Assembly (NCBI GenBank): GCA_030141605.1
Contig: JAQGDQ010000003.1
Coordinates: 1,426,001 to 1,490,000 of the forward strand
Source of the DNA: Tubiluchus corallicola
Taxonomy: Eukaryota > Animalia > Priapulida
Length of the DNA stretch: 64,000 nucleotides
Direction: 5' to 3'
The translations under genes were made by a program, and so were the position numbers. Below the pieces are notes generated by a model. It was not told the DNA's origin. It was given only the letters and a program-made list of their open reading frames with translations, and ran no database searches. Each line of letters starts with the position of its first letter. Positions within the stretch are counted from its first letter, which is position 1. Below are positions 38,501-50,300 of the stretch, one piece after another.

Positions 38501-38633
38501 GTTACCAGTTCCACGGAAGAACACTTGTTCAGTGTATCTGTATATGTGTTGGTTGCATTTGTTAACCCATGATATGCCACCCGTATTGTTGTTACGAGGA
38601 AATCAACAGAGTGTTTTGACTTTTTACTCTTAA
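4063..38633 (+). CDS. SLC12A2: Na-K-Cl cotransporter (SLC12A1/2/3 group, NKCC-like), 5'-partial, 20 exons, ~800 aa in window
   Basis: Exons: 4063-4173, 5089-5200, 5474-5601, 6650-6750, 7044-7146, 15365-15472, 16092-16215, 18614-18715, 19205-19360, 20145-20244, 20359-20470, 20786-20908, 21047-21153, 22770-22924, 23357-23458 (GC donor), 23714-23857, 36692-36803, 36967-37053, 37914-38093, 38498-38633. Phases are consistent. Motifs: [77 protein letters not shown] and C-terminal [12 protein letters not shown]. The symbol denotes closest family resemblance, not proven orthology. Confidence 0.96.
7177..8145. mobile_element. Tc1/mariner-superfamily (pogo/Tigger-like) non-autonomous element
   Basis: TA|CAGTAGGCGCTGCTTAATAGACTCAC at the left end and GTGAATCTGTTAAGTGGCACCTACTG|TA at the right end form imperfect TIRs with a TA TSD; subterminal TTAACCG repeats. 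Confidence 0.75.
10656..11675 (-). pseudogene. Intronless class A (rhodopsin-family) GPCR paralogue 1, interrupted by one in-frame TAG in ICL3 (10941-10943)
   Basis: ORFs 10941-11681 and 10656-10925 are in the same frame, joined by ...[16 protein letters not shown].... It has GN (TM1), LACTDLLVG (TM2), AVDRY (TM3) and NSSVNPLVY (TM7). It would be 339 aa if the stop were read through. Confidence 0.85.
13754..14665 (-). CDS. Intronless class A (rhodopsin-family) orphan GPCR paralogue 2, 303 aa
   Basis: Seven hydrophobic segments, N-terminal NAT/NST sequons, [44 protein letters not shown] and [10 protein letters not shown] followed by helix 8 (QFRK). Confidence 0.93.
   Translation of the reverse strand: MNMNATSEDHNRRQGNSTLTWNTLKAQMLSVEITVCAFTSITATIGNSLVLLSLYKSAQLRTRANYLVGSLACTDLLVGLLAFVIILPNGQQISVMKWFGSHLVLDALTSISILHLVAIAVDRYIANIHPITYDVHVSEKAIKVVIAITWIVGCLYIGIVDYFVIYEENYMYIYASMNTVFGYIAPVIIISILHIKIWKVAWYHQQRINIDNNQHHQLRLIREMKATKMLTMVVVVFILFLTPDFVVHNVDSVCKCISVTAKTAADWMLMLNSSVNPIIYAVLHDQFRKNYAQILQFWQKPSR
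16408..17152 (+). mobile_element. Non-autonomous Helitron-like element, copy 1 (745 bp)
   Basis: Starts TC after a target A, ends CTGG (CTRR), and has the subterminal hairpin GCAAAACTTTTTGC. Homologous to copy 2 along its length, plus an extra internal segment. Confidence 0.75.
17153..17624 (+). mobile_element. Non-autonomous Helitron-like element, copy 2 (472 bp)
   Basis: Starts TCTATATATTAA, ends CTAG before a target T, hairpin GCAAAATTTTTTGT, no TSD. Confidence 0.78.
19551..19803. repeat. Imperfect ~250-bp palindrome (foldback/MITE-like)
   Basis: GTTCAACTTTTTCTTTATTAAATTAAA (~19583) pairs with TTTTAATTTAATAAAGAAAGGCTGAAC (~19746-19772). Inner arms at ~19630-19667 and ~19685-19722 also pair. 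Confidence 0.65.
24205..27535 (-). CDS. Sulfotransferase A (cytosolic SULT1-like fold) with N-terminal hydrophobic extension, 7 coding exons, 327 aa
   Basis: Exons 27535-27370, 27081-26980, 26039-25834, 25572-25449, 25049-24955, 24775-24595, 24314-24205 (alternative last exon 24465-24386). Motifs: 5'-PSB YPKAGTTW, catalytic His in IRSHLP, 3'-[31 protein letters not shown]. Confidence 0.92.
24246..24551. repeat. Tandem 151-bp duplication spanning the last splice acceptor of SULT A
   Basis: Copies start at 24246 and 24397, differ at five positions, and share CTGC microhomology at the junctions. Confidence 0.95.
26267..26754. mobile_element. pogo/Tigger-like MITE inside an intron of SULT A
   Basis: TA|CAGTCAACCTCGGGTATAA at the left end and TTATATCCGAGGTTGACTG|TA at the right end; many internal ATAAGGGAC motifs. 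Confidence 0.85.
29026..34855 (-). pseudogene. Sulfotransferase B, paralogue of A; 7-nt deletion in coding exon 6 gives TGA (29262-29260) just before the RKGxxGDWK motif
   Basis: Exons 34855-34690, 33833-33732, 31853-31648, 30379-30256, 29770-29676, 29427-29254, 29135-29026. Every exon has the same length as in SULT A except exon 6 (174 vs 181 nt). Motifs YPKAGTTW, IRTHVP and RNPKDTLVS are intact. Pseudogene status is uncertain (see findings). Confidence 0.8.
29517..29600. repeat. (CA)n/(CG)n microsatellite
   Basis: acacacgcacgcgcgcgcacacacac... run in a SULT B intron. Confidence 0.95.
37130..37577. repeat. Inverted pair of tRNA-derived (SINE-like) sequences
   Basis: The right arm has a TCTGC-CTTTGTAA-GCAGA anticodon-like stem-loop, B-box GGTTCAAATCC (37499-37509) and TATTCCA. 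The left arm (~37130-37272) is its diverged reverse complement. Confidence 0.7.
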
Positions 38634-39713
38634 GTTGTTTAAATTCGCAAATTCTATATTTTACTGTTGTAGTATGTAAAAGAATTGTGTTTGTGTTATT
38701 TATTGTCTGCCCGGACTAGAATGCTACCATTCATTGTCATCCAAAATTTTGTCATTTTTCTTGATAAATTAGTTTACCATTACCATGTGCTCAATGGATA
38801 CCTCATTAAAATCTCAATTTTTATGAAAGTAGCTATCGTTTTAAGAGAGCAGAGCGCAAATTGTTTAGTTGATAACTCATAGCTATCTTATGTTGAAGTA
38901 AAAGATTTTTCTGTACCAGTCTCTAACAAGAATGGGTACAGTGAGGTATTAATGAAATAGCTGCAAGTAAACAACAAAACTAAAAACTCCTTGTAAACAA
39001 CTCGCTCTCCCAAAAATTTAGATGCTCTTTGTTTAATACACTATTTGGAGGACACTCTGCAGTCTAAAATCATTTAAATGTTTTTTTAGCAAATCCGTGA
39101 AACAATATTTCATTTAGAGAATAACAGACACACAATAAGTTCTTTTGCAACAGAAAGTTTATGTTCAATGATTAAAGCACTTTGTTGTATAGCCAAGGCC
39201 ATAAGCGTGTATCACTTTGGTTATGAAGAGACGGCTGGGAATAGGCATTTTTTGCACTGTAACTGCAGATGTGATATCAAAATCATGTAAACTGCACTTG
39301 TGATGATGCAGATGCATACTAGTATTACCAATATTCACAATTGCACACATGTTACTAATATTCTTATATATATAAATTTCATTTAAGATTGTGTACTTAT
39401 TGTACTAAACTAAGTGAGCTAATCAGTTGATTTTTTCTGTTTAAAACTTACAACATGCATGTATTAAAATGTTCACTTTTAAGAATAATATTAATTATAT
39501 GTAAATTATTAGTAATTATAACATATTATGTTATTGTGTGTTAAATGTTAACTTTATTCTCTAATATAAAATATTTAATTAATGATCGATTTTTTGGCTT
39601 ACAGGTTTTTTTAAGATTTAAGATATCGTCATTATAAGATATTTTTATGCTGTTTTGGATTTGTTATTGCTTGTGGTGCATTGCATCGATGGTGCTTACT
39701 GTTTAGTCACTTT

Positions 39714-39719
39714 AATAAA
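39714..39719 (+). promoter_or_regulatory. Candidate polyadenylation signal of the SLC12 gene
   Basis: AATAAA about 1.1 kb downstream of the stop codon after AU-rich UTR-like sequence. This is weak evidence in AT-rich DNA. Confidence 0.35.
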
Positions 39720-40639
39720 TATTTTCATGTTGCTACAAAAAAACTTAAATGTTGTTAAGAGACTGCCTACCTAATATTGTTATAAGGGCAAAATTGACTA
39801 CATTCTGAGACACCTTGTCATGTTCATTGGCTATTGTGTGCCTTGAGTTTTTTCTGCCTTCTGTTAATCTGCCCTTATTTAGAAATAGTATTATTTGTGT
39901 TGGTATACATACAAATGACCAATTGGTTTCCATAGAAATTGTTCTGCTTAGTGTATTTCAGCCTTCCTAGCTTGTTACCTGCCAAGTATCAAACTAGTGT
40001 TGAATGTTGCATCTTCATGACTGTGTTAAACATCATAAGTTATGAACATTCTGTAGGTTTTCAAAATTTTAAGTTTTGGCACTATTATACGATGGGAATT
40101 TCCGTGACTTGCGTTTATACAGTTTAAACAATGACTAGAAAATAAATGCTCCAAAAATATTAAATATGTTAAGGTTATTGATTTTTCACATAATTGTTTT
40201 TTTTACAGTTTCCTCTTTTGTCTTAACATTAGCCTCTTATAAAATTACGTGATGGTAATGTTTTAGTTGCATTAGTACAATTAAAATAGTGGCAAAAAAG
40301 TAGTAGACAGATGATACAATAGGCCACCTATATTGGTAAGAATTTAAAGCGGTGATAATTGGTGAGACTTGATGTCTCACTTCCTTTGTTTGCAAGAAAC
40401 CATGTTGTAGTCCAAGGTTGAGGTGATATAAGCAGGTCACTGTTTGGAGAAACATCGCGTTTCTTTGACGAAATAATTGCAGCCGCGTCCATTTGTGTTG
40501 AAATTTTTTAGATATATCGGAGAACACCTTACGTTTGTATTAAAACTTAAACGAATTTTCTATTGATAACTTGAATTGAGGCGATCCATTCACAGTGGCT
40601 ATACTATAATTTTTCTATCGGGCTCCTGTATATCAAAAT

Positions 40640-42250
40640 CATATAAAATTGAGCCAGAAATGTCCTACCATGCTGTTGTTCTTACACATCCATATTGACA
40701 CCATGATTTCTCGAAATTCTAGCATTTACGACTTGACTGATCCGAGCATAAGATTTTCCATTGTATGGTTTCTAAACACCTCACATTTCAACAGATGTTC
40801 TGTGATATCACATTCCTTCACACATAGTGGACACCAAATATCCTTAACATTATTTTTATAGTTCCACTATAATTTTATCATGCTTCATTAGCATTCAGTA
40901 ATTTCATAATATGTTTTCTCATCACACACCACCACATAATTTGTTGCTCATTCCCAATTTTCCACACTATTTTTCATAAATCTCAGTTTGCATTATCATC
41001 ACACTTTTTCTCGGCTTCTTTTGGATACTTTCTAACTGCTTTTTTATTATCTTCTTTTTTCCATTGTGACTACAATAACGTTTGCATTCTTTAAGCATTT
41101 ATTACTTATCTAAGTCATACTTGCAATTTCTCCCAATCTCTCTTCCCTAGCTTCTGGGAATGTTTTTGTCGAATATACTCAGCATCACTTTTTAGCATCT
41201 CTTTTGTTCTCAGGCATCAGCACACATCGGTACCACATTAATTTTTTATAATGATTCGTCTCAGTGGCCATAATTTTCATATACTCCCCCGATCGTCATT
41301 GGGCCCCAATAGTTTGGAGACATTTTCTGTTCACCTTGTATATGGCTTCTTTTGTTGACCTTCATAGCATTAAAAATTAAACTAAGAATCATCATTATGT
41401 ACTACAATACTTGCCTTATTTTATTTTATTTTATTTTATTTTATTTTGTTAGATTTCACAGGCGTCGGATCTGTTCACCTGTGTTGCCTTTTGACTCGAG
41501 TCAAACTTGCCAAATTCCAAATTCATCCGTAAAGATACGGCATCCGTCAATTCCGTGGGAACTGGATTTTATAGCTTCAGTTCCTAACTTACTACAGCAT
41601 CTAAGCTAGTACAGTCCATAATTTAATATGCTCCATTAATTATGCTCCACTTTCTTAATTATTTCTTTTCTCAATAGACATGTTATAAGTTTTCCTGTTT
41701 TGTTGATTATAGGCTCCTAAGCATCTTTAATATGTAGCTGACTCTTTTAATCTTTTCTTTTTCATGTACATATATGCTCGCCAAATCTCCTCTGCTCTTA
41801 CTGGTTTTCGAGCAATTACTATCTGTTGTGATTATAATGGAGGGTTTTTTATTCCCTCCATTATTCTGTACTTTTTTGCTACATTCATTACTATGTTTTC
41901 ATCACCACATATCAGAATATCATCTACATAATTATTTTATTTTAGCATCAAATCCACCATCATTACTTTTTAACCAGATTGTTTTACTTCCCACTCTGTT
42001 TACCTGACCCCTGCTAGCAGAACACATCATAACGGTCCCCGCACAGTTCCTTCCCTCTCCGAACCAGAATTTGTTTGTTAATCCTGCTTGTGTATTAATT
42101 TTCAGTTCAGCATATTTATTTAGTTTCAAGCAAGACACTGAGATACTTTTCGATTCTCCATAAGTCGCTTAAACAATCTCTCTACCAAAATTTTGCCAAA
42201 ACGTTGTTTTGCATCTGTAAAAATGATTGTACATTATTGTTGATTTTCCA
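40640..42250 (-). mobile_element. Highly decayed LINE remnant
   Basis: Minus-strand peptide WCPLCVKECDITEHLLKC (C-terminal CCHC knuckle, ~40790-40840) and an RIFTDE RT-like motif near 41530; many stops. Boundaries are approximate. Confidence 0.45.
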
Positions 42251-42589
42251 TTGTAAAGTGAATACTCAATGTACCTGTACAATATAAACAAATTGTCAGT
42301 TAAACCACGTTCCTTTTCCACTCTCTTACAAATTATTTTGCAGAACTACTTCAGTTCTATTCAAAGTATCATTTCGAAGAGTTCTGATTTGTTAATAATT
42401 ACTGGTAAGCAAAGTAAGATTCCCCAGTTTTTTTAGCTCATTATTAGTTGTCTTTTATTATTTTTATAAATAGATTTTGCTGTCATTGATGCCCATAGGT
42501 TTGATACAGTTTCACTTGTTACTATTGCATGTGAACCTCTTTATGATGTATGACTAAAATGAATCGTTGGTAATTCTCTTTTCTTGCTG

Positions 42590-42760
42590 AAGCCCGCTCA
42601 GTGAACTGGTTGCCGGTGAGCGATGATAGCACAACGGAACGGTGCGCCGCTTGGAGAGCGCGTCAATAACGGATAAAGCGTAATGGTTCCTAGTACTTTC
42701 GCGCGTTGGTGTTAGAATGTGACCTTGCGTCATTGTGATATGTTCTTGCCGGTAATTTCT
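42590..42760 (+). promoter_or_regulatory. CpG-rich putative promoter / non-coding first exon of the SLC29 gene
   Basis: Local CpG enrichment in CpG-poor DNA, followed by donor-like sites (G|GTAATT at 42751, AG|GTAAGA at 42953). Confidence 0.45.
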
Positions 42761-43536
42761 TTTGATAGATTAAATTATTTGGATTTTTAAGTTGCCAATA
42801 ACGCAGTGTGTAATACTAATTGTATAAGGTGCATTTTTATTTATTATGTTCAACTCGGTGACGTTCAAGATCTGCTTAGTTCCTAGTAGTACCTTGACTT
42901 GAAATAGGGGCACCAGTTGCGCCACTTACGATCTTTGATTATAAGGCGGTAGGTAAGAAGCAGCACTAAAATTTTATTGTCAGTTATAGTCACAGTGGAC
43001 TATGTTTTTACTGTAAAAGTTGTCGTATTTTACATATAGCTAATGGGGTTGCTAGTTATTTGCACATGAATCTGGCATTTACGTTACTTGATTTGATTTT
43101 TTGTTAAGTAGGAACGCGAATTCAGTATCAAGGGAACTTAAAAATTGGAGTTTGTGGTTATTGTAATACGGTGTAGTTGTAAGTTTTTGTGTACAATAGA
43201 GAGTTCAAACGATTTCAAATTTTTCGATTTGTATTTCGACAACTGAAAATTTGTTATTTGATACGATTTGATTTCGCTTTCGGTAGAAAAAGGTTTTATC
43301 AATTATGTTTCTTGATTTTGTCTTCTGCATATTTGCCTTTCTGTACTACCAGCACACTGCATAGATTGAGAATTGATGGTGCTGTCGGCGGAAAATTTCC
43401 CTGCGACATTTTTTCTAGTTTGTGACATCTTTGTCATGTCAGCATATGATAAAGAAGGCTGATAATAATACATCTTGCCATGAAACAACACTCCAAAGTT
43501 AAAAACGAAAACGAATTTTGATTTGAACAGCAGGCT

Positions 43537-44945
43537 CAGTTATCGTTACCGTTACCGTCGAAGAATACAGGTTAAGCATAAATAGCTTATGGACCTCTCC
43601 ACTCTTCCTTGTTTACTTTATTAATGTTCTTCCTTGTTTACTTTATTAATGTAAAATGTGAACAAAATAGGTGGCCACACTGCGATCATGAAGCATAGCA
43701 CAGGGTTTCTTGTTGCCATTGTGGCAACCTGGGGTCTATGTATTTTTCAGGATTGCATTTCCAGTGTCTATCGAGACGAGACTTAAACTGGCCGGGATTG
43801 GAGGCTTGAACTACAGTGTCAGGCAGCGTGTTCCACTCATTAATTACTCGCCTTGCAAATGTGAATCTCCTTCTACTCCACCTTTGGGGAACTGTTCTGT
43901 TCTTGATTTTGTAGGAGTGACCTCTGGTACCATGATATGTATGACGATGGAAAAATATTTCGCTGTTGATGGTTTCTATACCTTTAAGGATACGAAATGT
44001 TTGGATTAAATCTTGTGTTTTGCGTCTGTACTTCAGAGTTGTAAGGCCCAGAATCTTAAGTCTTGCAACATATGGTAAATGAGAAATAGCAGGTACAAGT
44101 CTAGTAGCTCAACGTTGTATACTTTCAATTTTCCTTATCATGTCTTGACGATTTGGGCTCCAAATCACATCACCATAAGCCAGAATAGGACGAACCATTG
44201 ATTTGTATAGTTTGGTCACCATAGATCCGTCAAGATAAGAGAAACTACGTTTGATTAAAGTCAGTCTTCCATGTGCTTTATTAACAACATTGTTTATATG
44301 TGTTTGAAAATTAAGCATATTGTCGATGGTGACACCCAGATCTTTTTCTTCTGTGACGCTTATAATTTCTCTAGAACTTTGTCCATGTGCCATTTTATAT
44401 GTACGACCTGCAATATCATGCCTTCCAATAGTCAGGAGCTTACATTTTTTGGTGTTAAATTCCATTTGCCATTGGCGACACCATTGGTCAGCATAGTTAA
44501 TATTATTTTGCATGACCTCAAAATCATCCAGGCAGCATGCTTTTCCATATATTTTAGTGTCATCTGCAAACAGGCTCTTACCGCAGTTGAAAACTTCAGG
44601 AAGATCATTTATGTAAATAGTAAATAAAATAGGTTCAAGCACACTTCCCTGTGGTATACTACTGGTCACATTTACCCATTCTGATTCTTGCCCATTGACA
44701 ACTACACATTGCCTTCTCCCACAGAGAAAACTATTAATCCATGTTAGCGGTGACCACAAATTCCGTATGATTCAAGTTTTTTAAGCAGTCTCAGATGGGG
44801 TACTCGATCAAATTCTTTTAAAAAATCGTAATAGATAACATCAACGTCGCCTTTATTATCAAGTAAATCCATCCATTCTTCAAGAGAAACTAATAGATTA
44901 GTAATACAAGATCTGCCAGTTCTGAAGCCGTGTTGACTTCCAATT
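43537..44945 (-). mobile_element. 5'-truncated CR1-type LINE (RT to 3' end)
   Basis: QHGFRTGRSCITNLL, DVIYYDFLKEFDRVPH, PQGSVLEPILFTIYINDLP, LFADDTK, EEKDLGV and C-terminal RRVINEWNTLPDTVV; (GGTAAC)n-like tail at ~43537-43558. Confidence 0.92.
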
Positions 44946-45510
44946 TCAGTTGACAATAATAAAATCTAGAACCAGGTCAATATTTCTCCCGCTAACTAAT
45001 GAAAAGTTGAGCATTTTTCTTAATAGTGTTAGATATAGCTGCAGCTAAATCTCTCGAATGTACCTGCGTTAAGTAAGTTCTGCAGGGGTGTGAAAAATCT
45101 AGCACGTTAATTGGGCAGTCAAATGATTGACATTATGCTTGACCCCAATGCAGGTGCTGTCGAGACATGTCAAATAGCAATAAACCGATGATAAAGCCTG
45201 AAAAATAAAATTGGAATTAAAATCTAGATGGGATCATTTAATTTAACCTGCACTTTTCTCTAGATAGGTGACCATAGCCTAATGAGCCTACATCAATACG
45301 GCTATGAGGGAATGACCATGCAATGTGCAAGCCTTCAAAAAATTAAAGCATACATAAGCATTTAACTGTGATTCGTAAAAAAATTAACGAAAAGTTAGTA
45401 TCATTCACACTGCAAACTAACATGACGAAAATTAACAAAACTACCAATAATGATGTGGAATAAGTAGCGCAACAAAACTCAGCAGTGGGACTGAAATGCT
45501 TAATATGCTG

Positions 45511-46288
45511 TAGAGATGCCTCGAATATGAAATTACCGAATGCGAATCTCATTTTATAATAATTTTCGAAACCGAATCGAATTCGAATCTCATTTTTTCA
45601 GATAGCTCTTTCAACTGAATCTTTTTCGAATATACACAGTTTTCAACCAAATTATCACAGATTGGTAAGGCAGCAGTGTTTTTCACAAAGATTACAGATG
45701 ACCTGTCTGAACAGCACTTTTGACAGTAATTCTGCAATAATAAAGACTAACAATATAAAATTATCTGTATTCAAAAAATTCCTTGCAGTGCCATTACCTC
45801 CACTCTATGAGTCAGTGTAACATGGATGACAAAAAACCGCATTTGTCTAAGCCACATCGTGCTTTGTTAGCAAAACCATATTCTGTCAAGGTAATATACA
45901 AATCTTAGCGTTTTTGTTGAAACAAGCAGTTAAAATCATAATGCAGTACGTGCTTTCATGTAGGTTTTCATGAGGTGGACACACACTAAAATTGAATATG
46001 GCAACATTGGCATATTTAATATTTCAAACAGGGCAAAATTATCAAAAAGGGCAGCGATCTTAGGATTTTGCCGAAAAATTTAAAGGTAAATGAATGTATA
46101 ATACTTTTATAATAAAGCACTACAAAATCACCTCTGCATCTGAAGCTAAACTGTTTTTTTTTAAAGTCTCTGTCGAATCGGATAGGATCTAAGGCAACAT
46201 TGAAGTTCAGCAGATCGAATCGAATGGAAGTTTCGATTCAGATTCGGTTTCGAAGCTGTAGTTCTGTCGGAGCTTCTTGGCATCCCTA
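45511..46288. mobile_element. hAT (Ac-like) non-autonomous element
   Basis: TIRs TAGAGATGCC / GGCATCCCTA, 8-bp TSD atatgctg / atctgctg (7 of 8 match), and subterminal TCGAA/CCGAA repeats at both ends. Confidence 0.8.
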
Positions 46289-47339
46289 ATCTGCTGCATG
46301 TTTGGCCTGTGCCTTTTGAGCATGGGATCATACGGGAAAGCAGTTGAATGAAATATGATTGCAGCACTCAAATAATTTTGTAGTAAGAATATGCCAAAAA
46401 TTACAAAACGTGCTGTAATTTTTACTAATATTTCATTTTTGTACTTTCTTATAAATTCAGCAATTATTATGGCTTGATCGGCTAACAGTTTACCAAATGA
46501 ATTAATAATTTAATGACGAGCTTATTCAGATTAGAACTTGTTCACCGATCACAACTGAACACCACTGTTTGTTTACCGAACACTAATCAGCTCGGCCCAT
46601 TATTAAGCTAACTCCTAGTACAGTTTGGTTAATAAAAGCTGTGATTTATGTATTAATTCTACTGTGAATTTAGTACACAAAAATGTTTCTTAAGTAATAT
46701 TATTAAGTTTATTAAGCAATAATTTCTGGTTCTTTGATCTTATGATTCCTATCAGGTAGAGCTTTCATAGGCATCAAGCATGTCTGAAGTAGCCATTATG
46801 GAGGTATTTTTGTAATTTAAAATTAATTGTAACTGTAATCGTGATTGGTTCTTATGGATGGTGGTTTTTCAGTTGTAACTGAAGTTAATGTTGACTTTCG
46901 AGAAATGTTTATCAGTTGAAAAGAATAACAGCTATGATGAGCTATATAGTTGTAAAAAGCTGTTTTTACTGTTCTGTTTACTGCAACTGCCTGCTGTACC
47001 GTGGGTAAATGCAGCAGCTATCTAGAGTTAAATTAAGCATGTTATTGGAAAAGCAATGTGTTACATTAACTGTGCAAAAATCAATATTCGATACGTAATA
47101 TCATGATTCTGTGATTTAGCTACACGTTCATCATGTACTGGAACATTCTTTTATATATAAAAAAGGGAAAAAACCACTAACCATATTGCTGCATATTTCC
47201 TTTCACCTGACATCATTAGACAAAAATTTCTTCATTGATTACGATTAATTACAATAAGCTTTGCATTTATTCTCACTTTTCTATGTTAGGTACCAAATAG
47301 CTGAGCTGACAATTAAGAGGAATCAATCAAATTATCATC

Positions 47340-50300
47340 ATGAATCGAAAGCAAAAATATACTGTCAATGACGGCAAGAATGAGCTGGGCACAGAACAGG
47401 AGATGGTGCCAATGAACGAAAGTATTACCCACCCCTCTTCTCCACCAAATCATTATGGAGGTAGTTATTTACATTTATGTCAATATTTTTTGATTTTTAT
47501 TTCGTTTTTCAGGCCGTAATATACAGACTCATCCAGAAAAAAACATTCCCCTTGACCCTTTATCTTGGTAGAGGCATTTGCAAAAGAGATTCACATCACT
47601 GTGTAGCTCAGTTTCTTTCTCAAGGAGATATAAGTTCCCGTATGGAGGGATGCGCGTTAGTTTTGGGGAATGGTTTTGTTCGGACAACCGTGTAATTGTT
47701 ATTTCTCTTAAGGATCTTTTGTCAGAAGTCTAGATTTTATTACTTAACCAAGCTAAATTGCAATGCAGAAATAGTATAAATTGAATCCCAGGATCAGTGC
47801 CTTCATAGAAAAAGATTGCAAACTTCTGTTGTTTATGATACTTCTGTGATTATTAATATCTAAAGGCAAATCGTTTTGTTGCCTGAACCTTAACTGCATC
47901 CTTATATGCTACTACATTGCTTACAGGTGCTCGTAGTTGTAAATTGAGATTTGTGTAAACCATAATACTTAAACATTGTATAATTTATATATTTTCGATC
48001 ACACTGTAGTCTTATTCAGTAATGGCTTTTTTTACGTACTACATCATGGTTTTACATATAGAAAGCATAGTAACTGGTGCAGTCCTTTTAAATACGACCT
48101 GCGCTGTAGCAACTGTGTTTGGGAGTAAAAATTTGGTACATGCCTGATAATTTTAAGAGCGGCCAGTAAGATAGGAAAATTACATCAAAACAGTGGCTAT
48201 GAAGCAAATCTACATTGGCGTCCTGTTGAACAACAATGAAATTGCGAAATTAATCATTATTGTGAGGCGCACAATACTGTACATTTGAATAATTATATTA
48301 TTGTACTATATTTCATTACATACACTAAATTATATAATATCAGATATCATACTCTATATTAGTTATATATGCATTTTAGACAAAAATTTTGGGGTTAGCC
48401 AAGTACTTTTGGCACAGTCTCAAACATGTGATCCGGTTTTTAACTTTTTTTACAAACTTGCAGCCTTTGTTTAATATAAGTCTTTGTTACTTTTACATTT
48501 AAAACTGTTTGGTAACAGATGCAGTAGTGTTCATTTGTTTTTACATACTTTGCCATTGTTTATGGATTGACTAGGCCCATACGTTAACTTTTTCTGTGTA
48601 GTATTCAACCACATGTATTTAAGAGTGAGTCTTTTCATGTTAGACACACCAGGTCGAGCGGAAAAACAAGAATCTGAAAACCTGCTCAGTAAACCAGTTA
48701 CACTGAGTCCAAGCTGGGAAGAACAAAACAAACCAGAGGAAGAGTTGAATTTTAAAACAGTTGTTGTTACTGGACCTGAGCCAAGAGATAGGTGAAATGA
48801 AAACAATATATATATATATCATAGCTTACAACTTTCTTAAGCAGACATTAATTCTGGTTAAAATGAGTGCCACAACTTATTTGTAATAAGCCCTTATGCA
48901 GAAATAACTTTACATAAAAAATGTTAATAAAAGACTCTTCAAATATATATGCATTTCTTGTAATTTTAACTAGCACTTTTTTAAACACTTCTGTTATTTA
49001 GTTGAAAGTGAACAAAGAATTTTTCAATACATGTGTAATGTAAATATTTTAGATTTTATATCTGACATAATAATTTTAGATTTTACATCGTATATATCAT
49101 TATGTTGCTACATGGAATTGGAGTACTTATGCCGTGGAACATGTTCATAACAGCACAGGCCGTAAGTAATATTTTCTGAACAGTCACTAAACAAAATGTA
49201 TCATGCAAACTAGCATTTTATAAGCTTTTAATTTGATTAGACCACAAGCATTTTGTTTTCATGCTTTTGAAATATTTTACCAGCTCTCCATAACGAGTAG
49301 ATCTATATGCATATATAGAAAGCATATATGCTTTTGGACAAAAAACAATTTTCAGCCTAAATTTTAAACTTTTTTATTTATGTGTTGTAACAAATTAAAT
49401 TTAAAAATTATCAATTTAAACTATAATTAGGTAAGAAACCATTTAATGCCATTTTTATTTTAGTATTTTACTGAATACAAACTAGCTACAGAAGCTAGCA
49501 AAGAGAGCGAATACCAAAAGAATTTTGTGAGCTATTTAGGCATCTGTTCCCAATTGCCAAATGTTCTTCTTAATCTCATCAACTTGTTTGTCCAGTTTGG
49601 GTAGGTACCATTTACTTTAAATCTGTTAACTTGGTTCAACATAAAATATTTTGCTTTTGTGCATCAGAAATGTTCTTAATGTCACTCATGTTTGTAATTA
49701 GATTATTAAAAATCCTTCAACAAACAAATTCTTTACAACGAAGACATTTATAAAAAATCAAAGTTTTTGGTCCACCAAAAAAATTAGAATGGAAAATAAA
49801 AAATATATCTAAATAAAATACATAATGTTATTTTTATAATTTATAATGTTATCTTTATAATTTATATTTTAAAATTCGTAATTTTTATAATATAACTTGT
49901 GTCACATCATCATGCACTAGAAATTCCATGTTTATAGCCAAGAACTATAGTTTCTAGTGCTCAAACAGGTTGCTAAAATAAAACAGCTCAAACAAACGGC
50001 AGGTTACGGTTAGGTCGGCTTTATCAAATAGAGACAGAAGAATAAACCTTCTGACGGAGTGTTATTAGAAGAAAGAAATAGCTACATAGAACTCTTTGTC
50101 ATCTAAAGCACAAATAAGAATCAAACTTACAGTTACACTAAGCTGAATATTGAAACTGTTAAAACTCAATGTTGTGAGGAAGTAAAATATTGTGAGGGAA
50201 AATTTTAAATTACCAGATTTGTCAGAAATTTTTTGGATAAACACTGATTCTAGATAGTGTAGCTAAGTGTTATTCCTTGAAGCAAAATGACAATGCTTTG

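Noticed and set aside
47513-47571. Extra SLC29 exon after a strong acceptor at 47512
   Set aside because: The in-frame reading hits TAG after ~19 codons, and the only nearby donor is out of phase with exon 48644.
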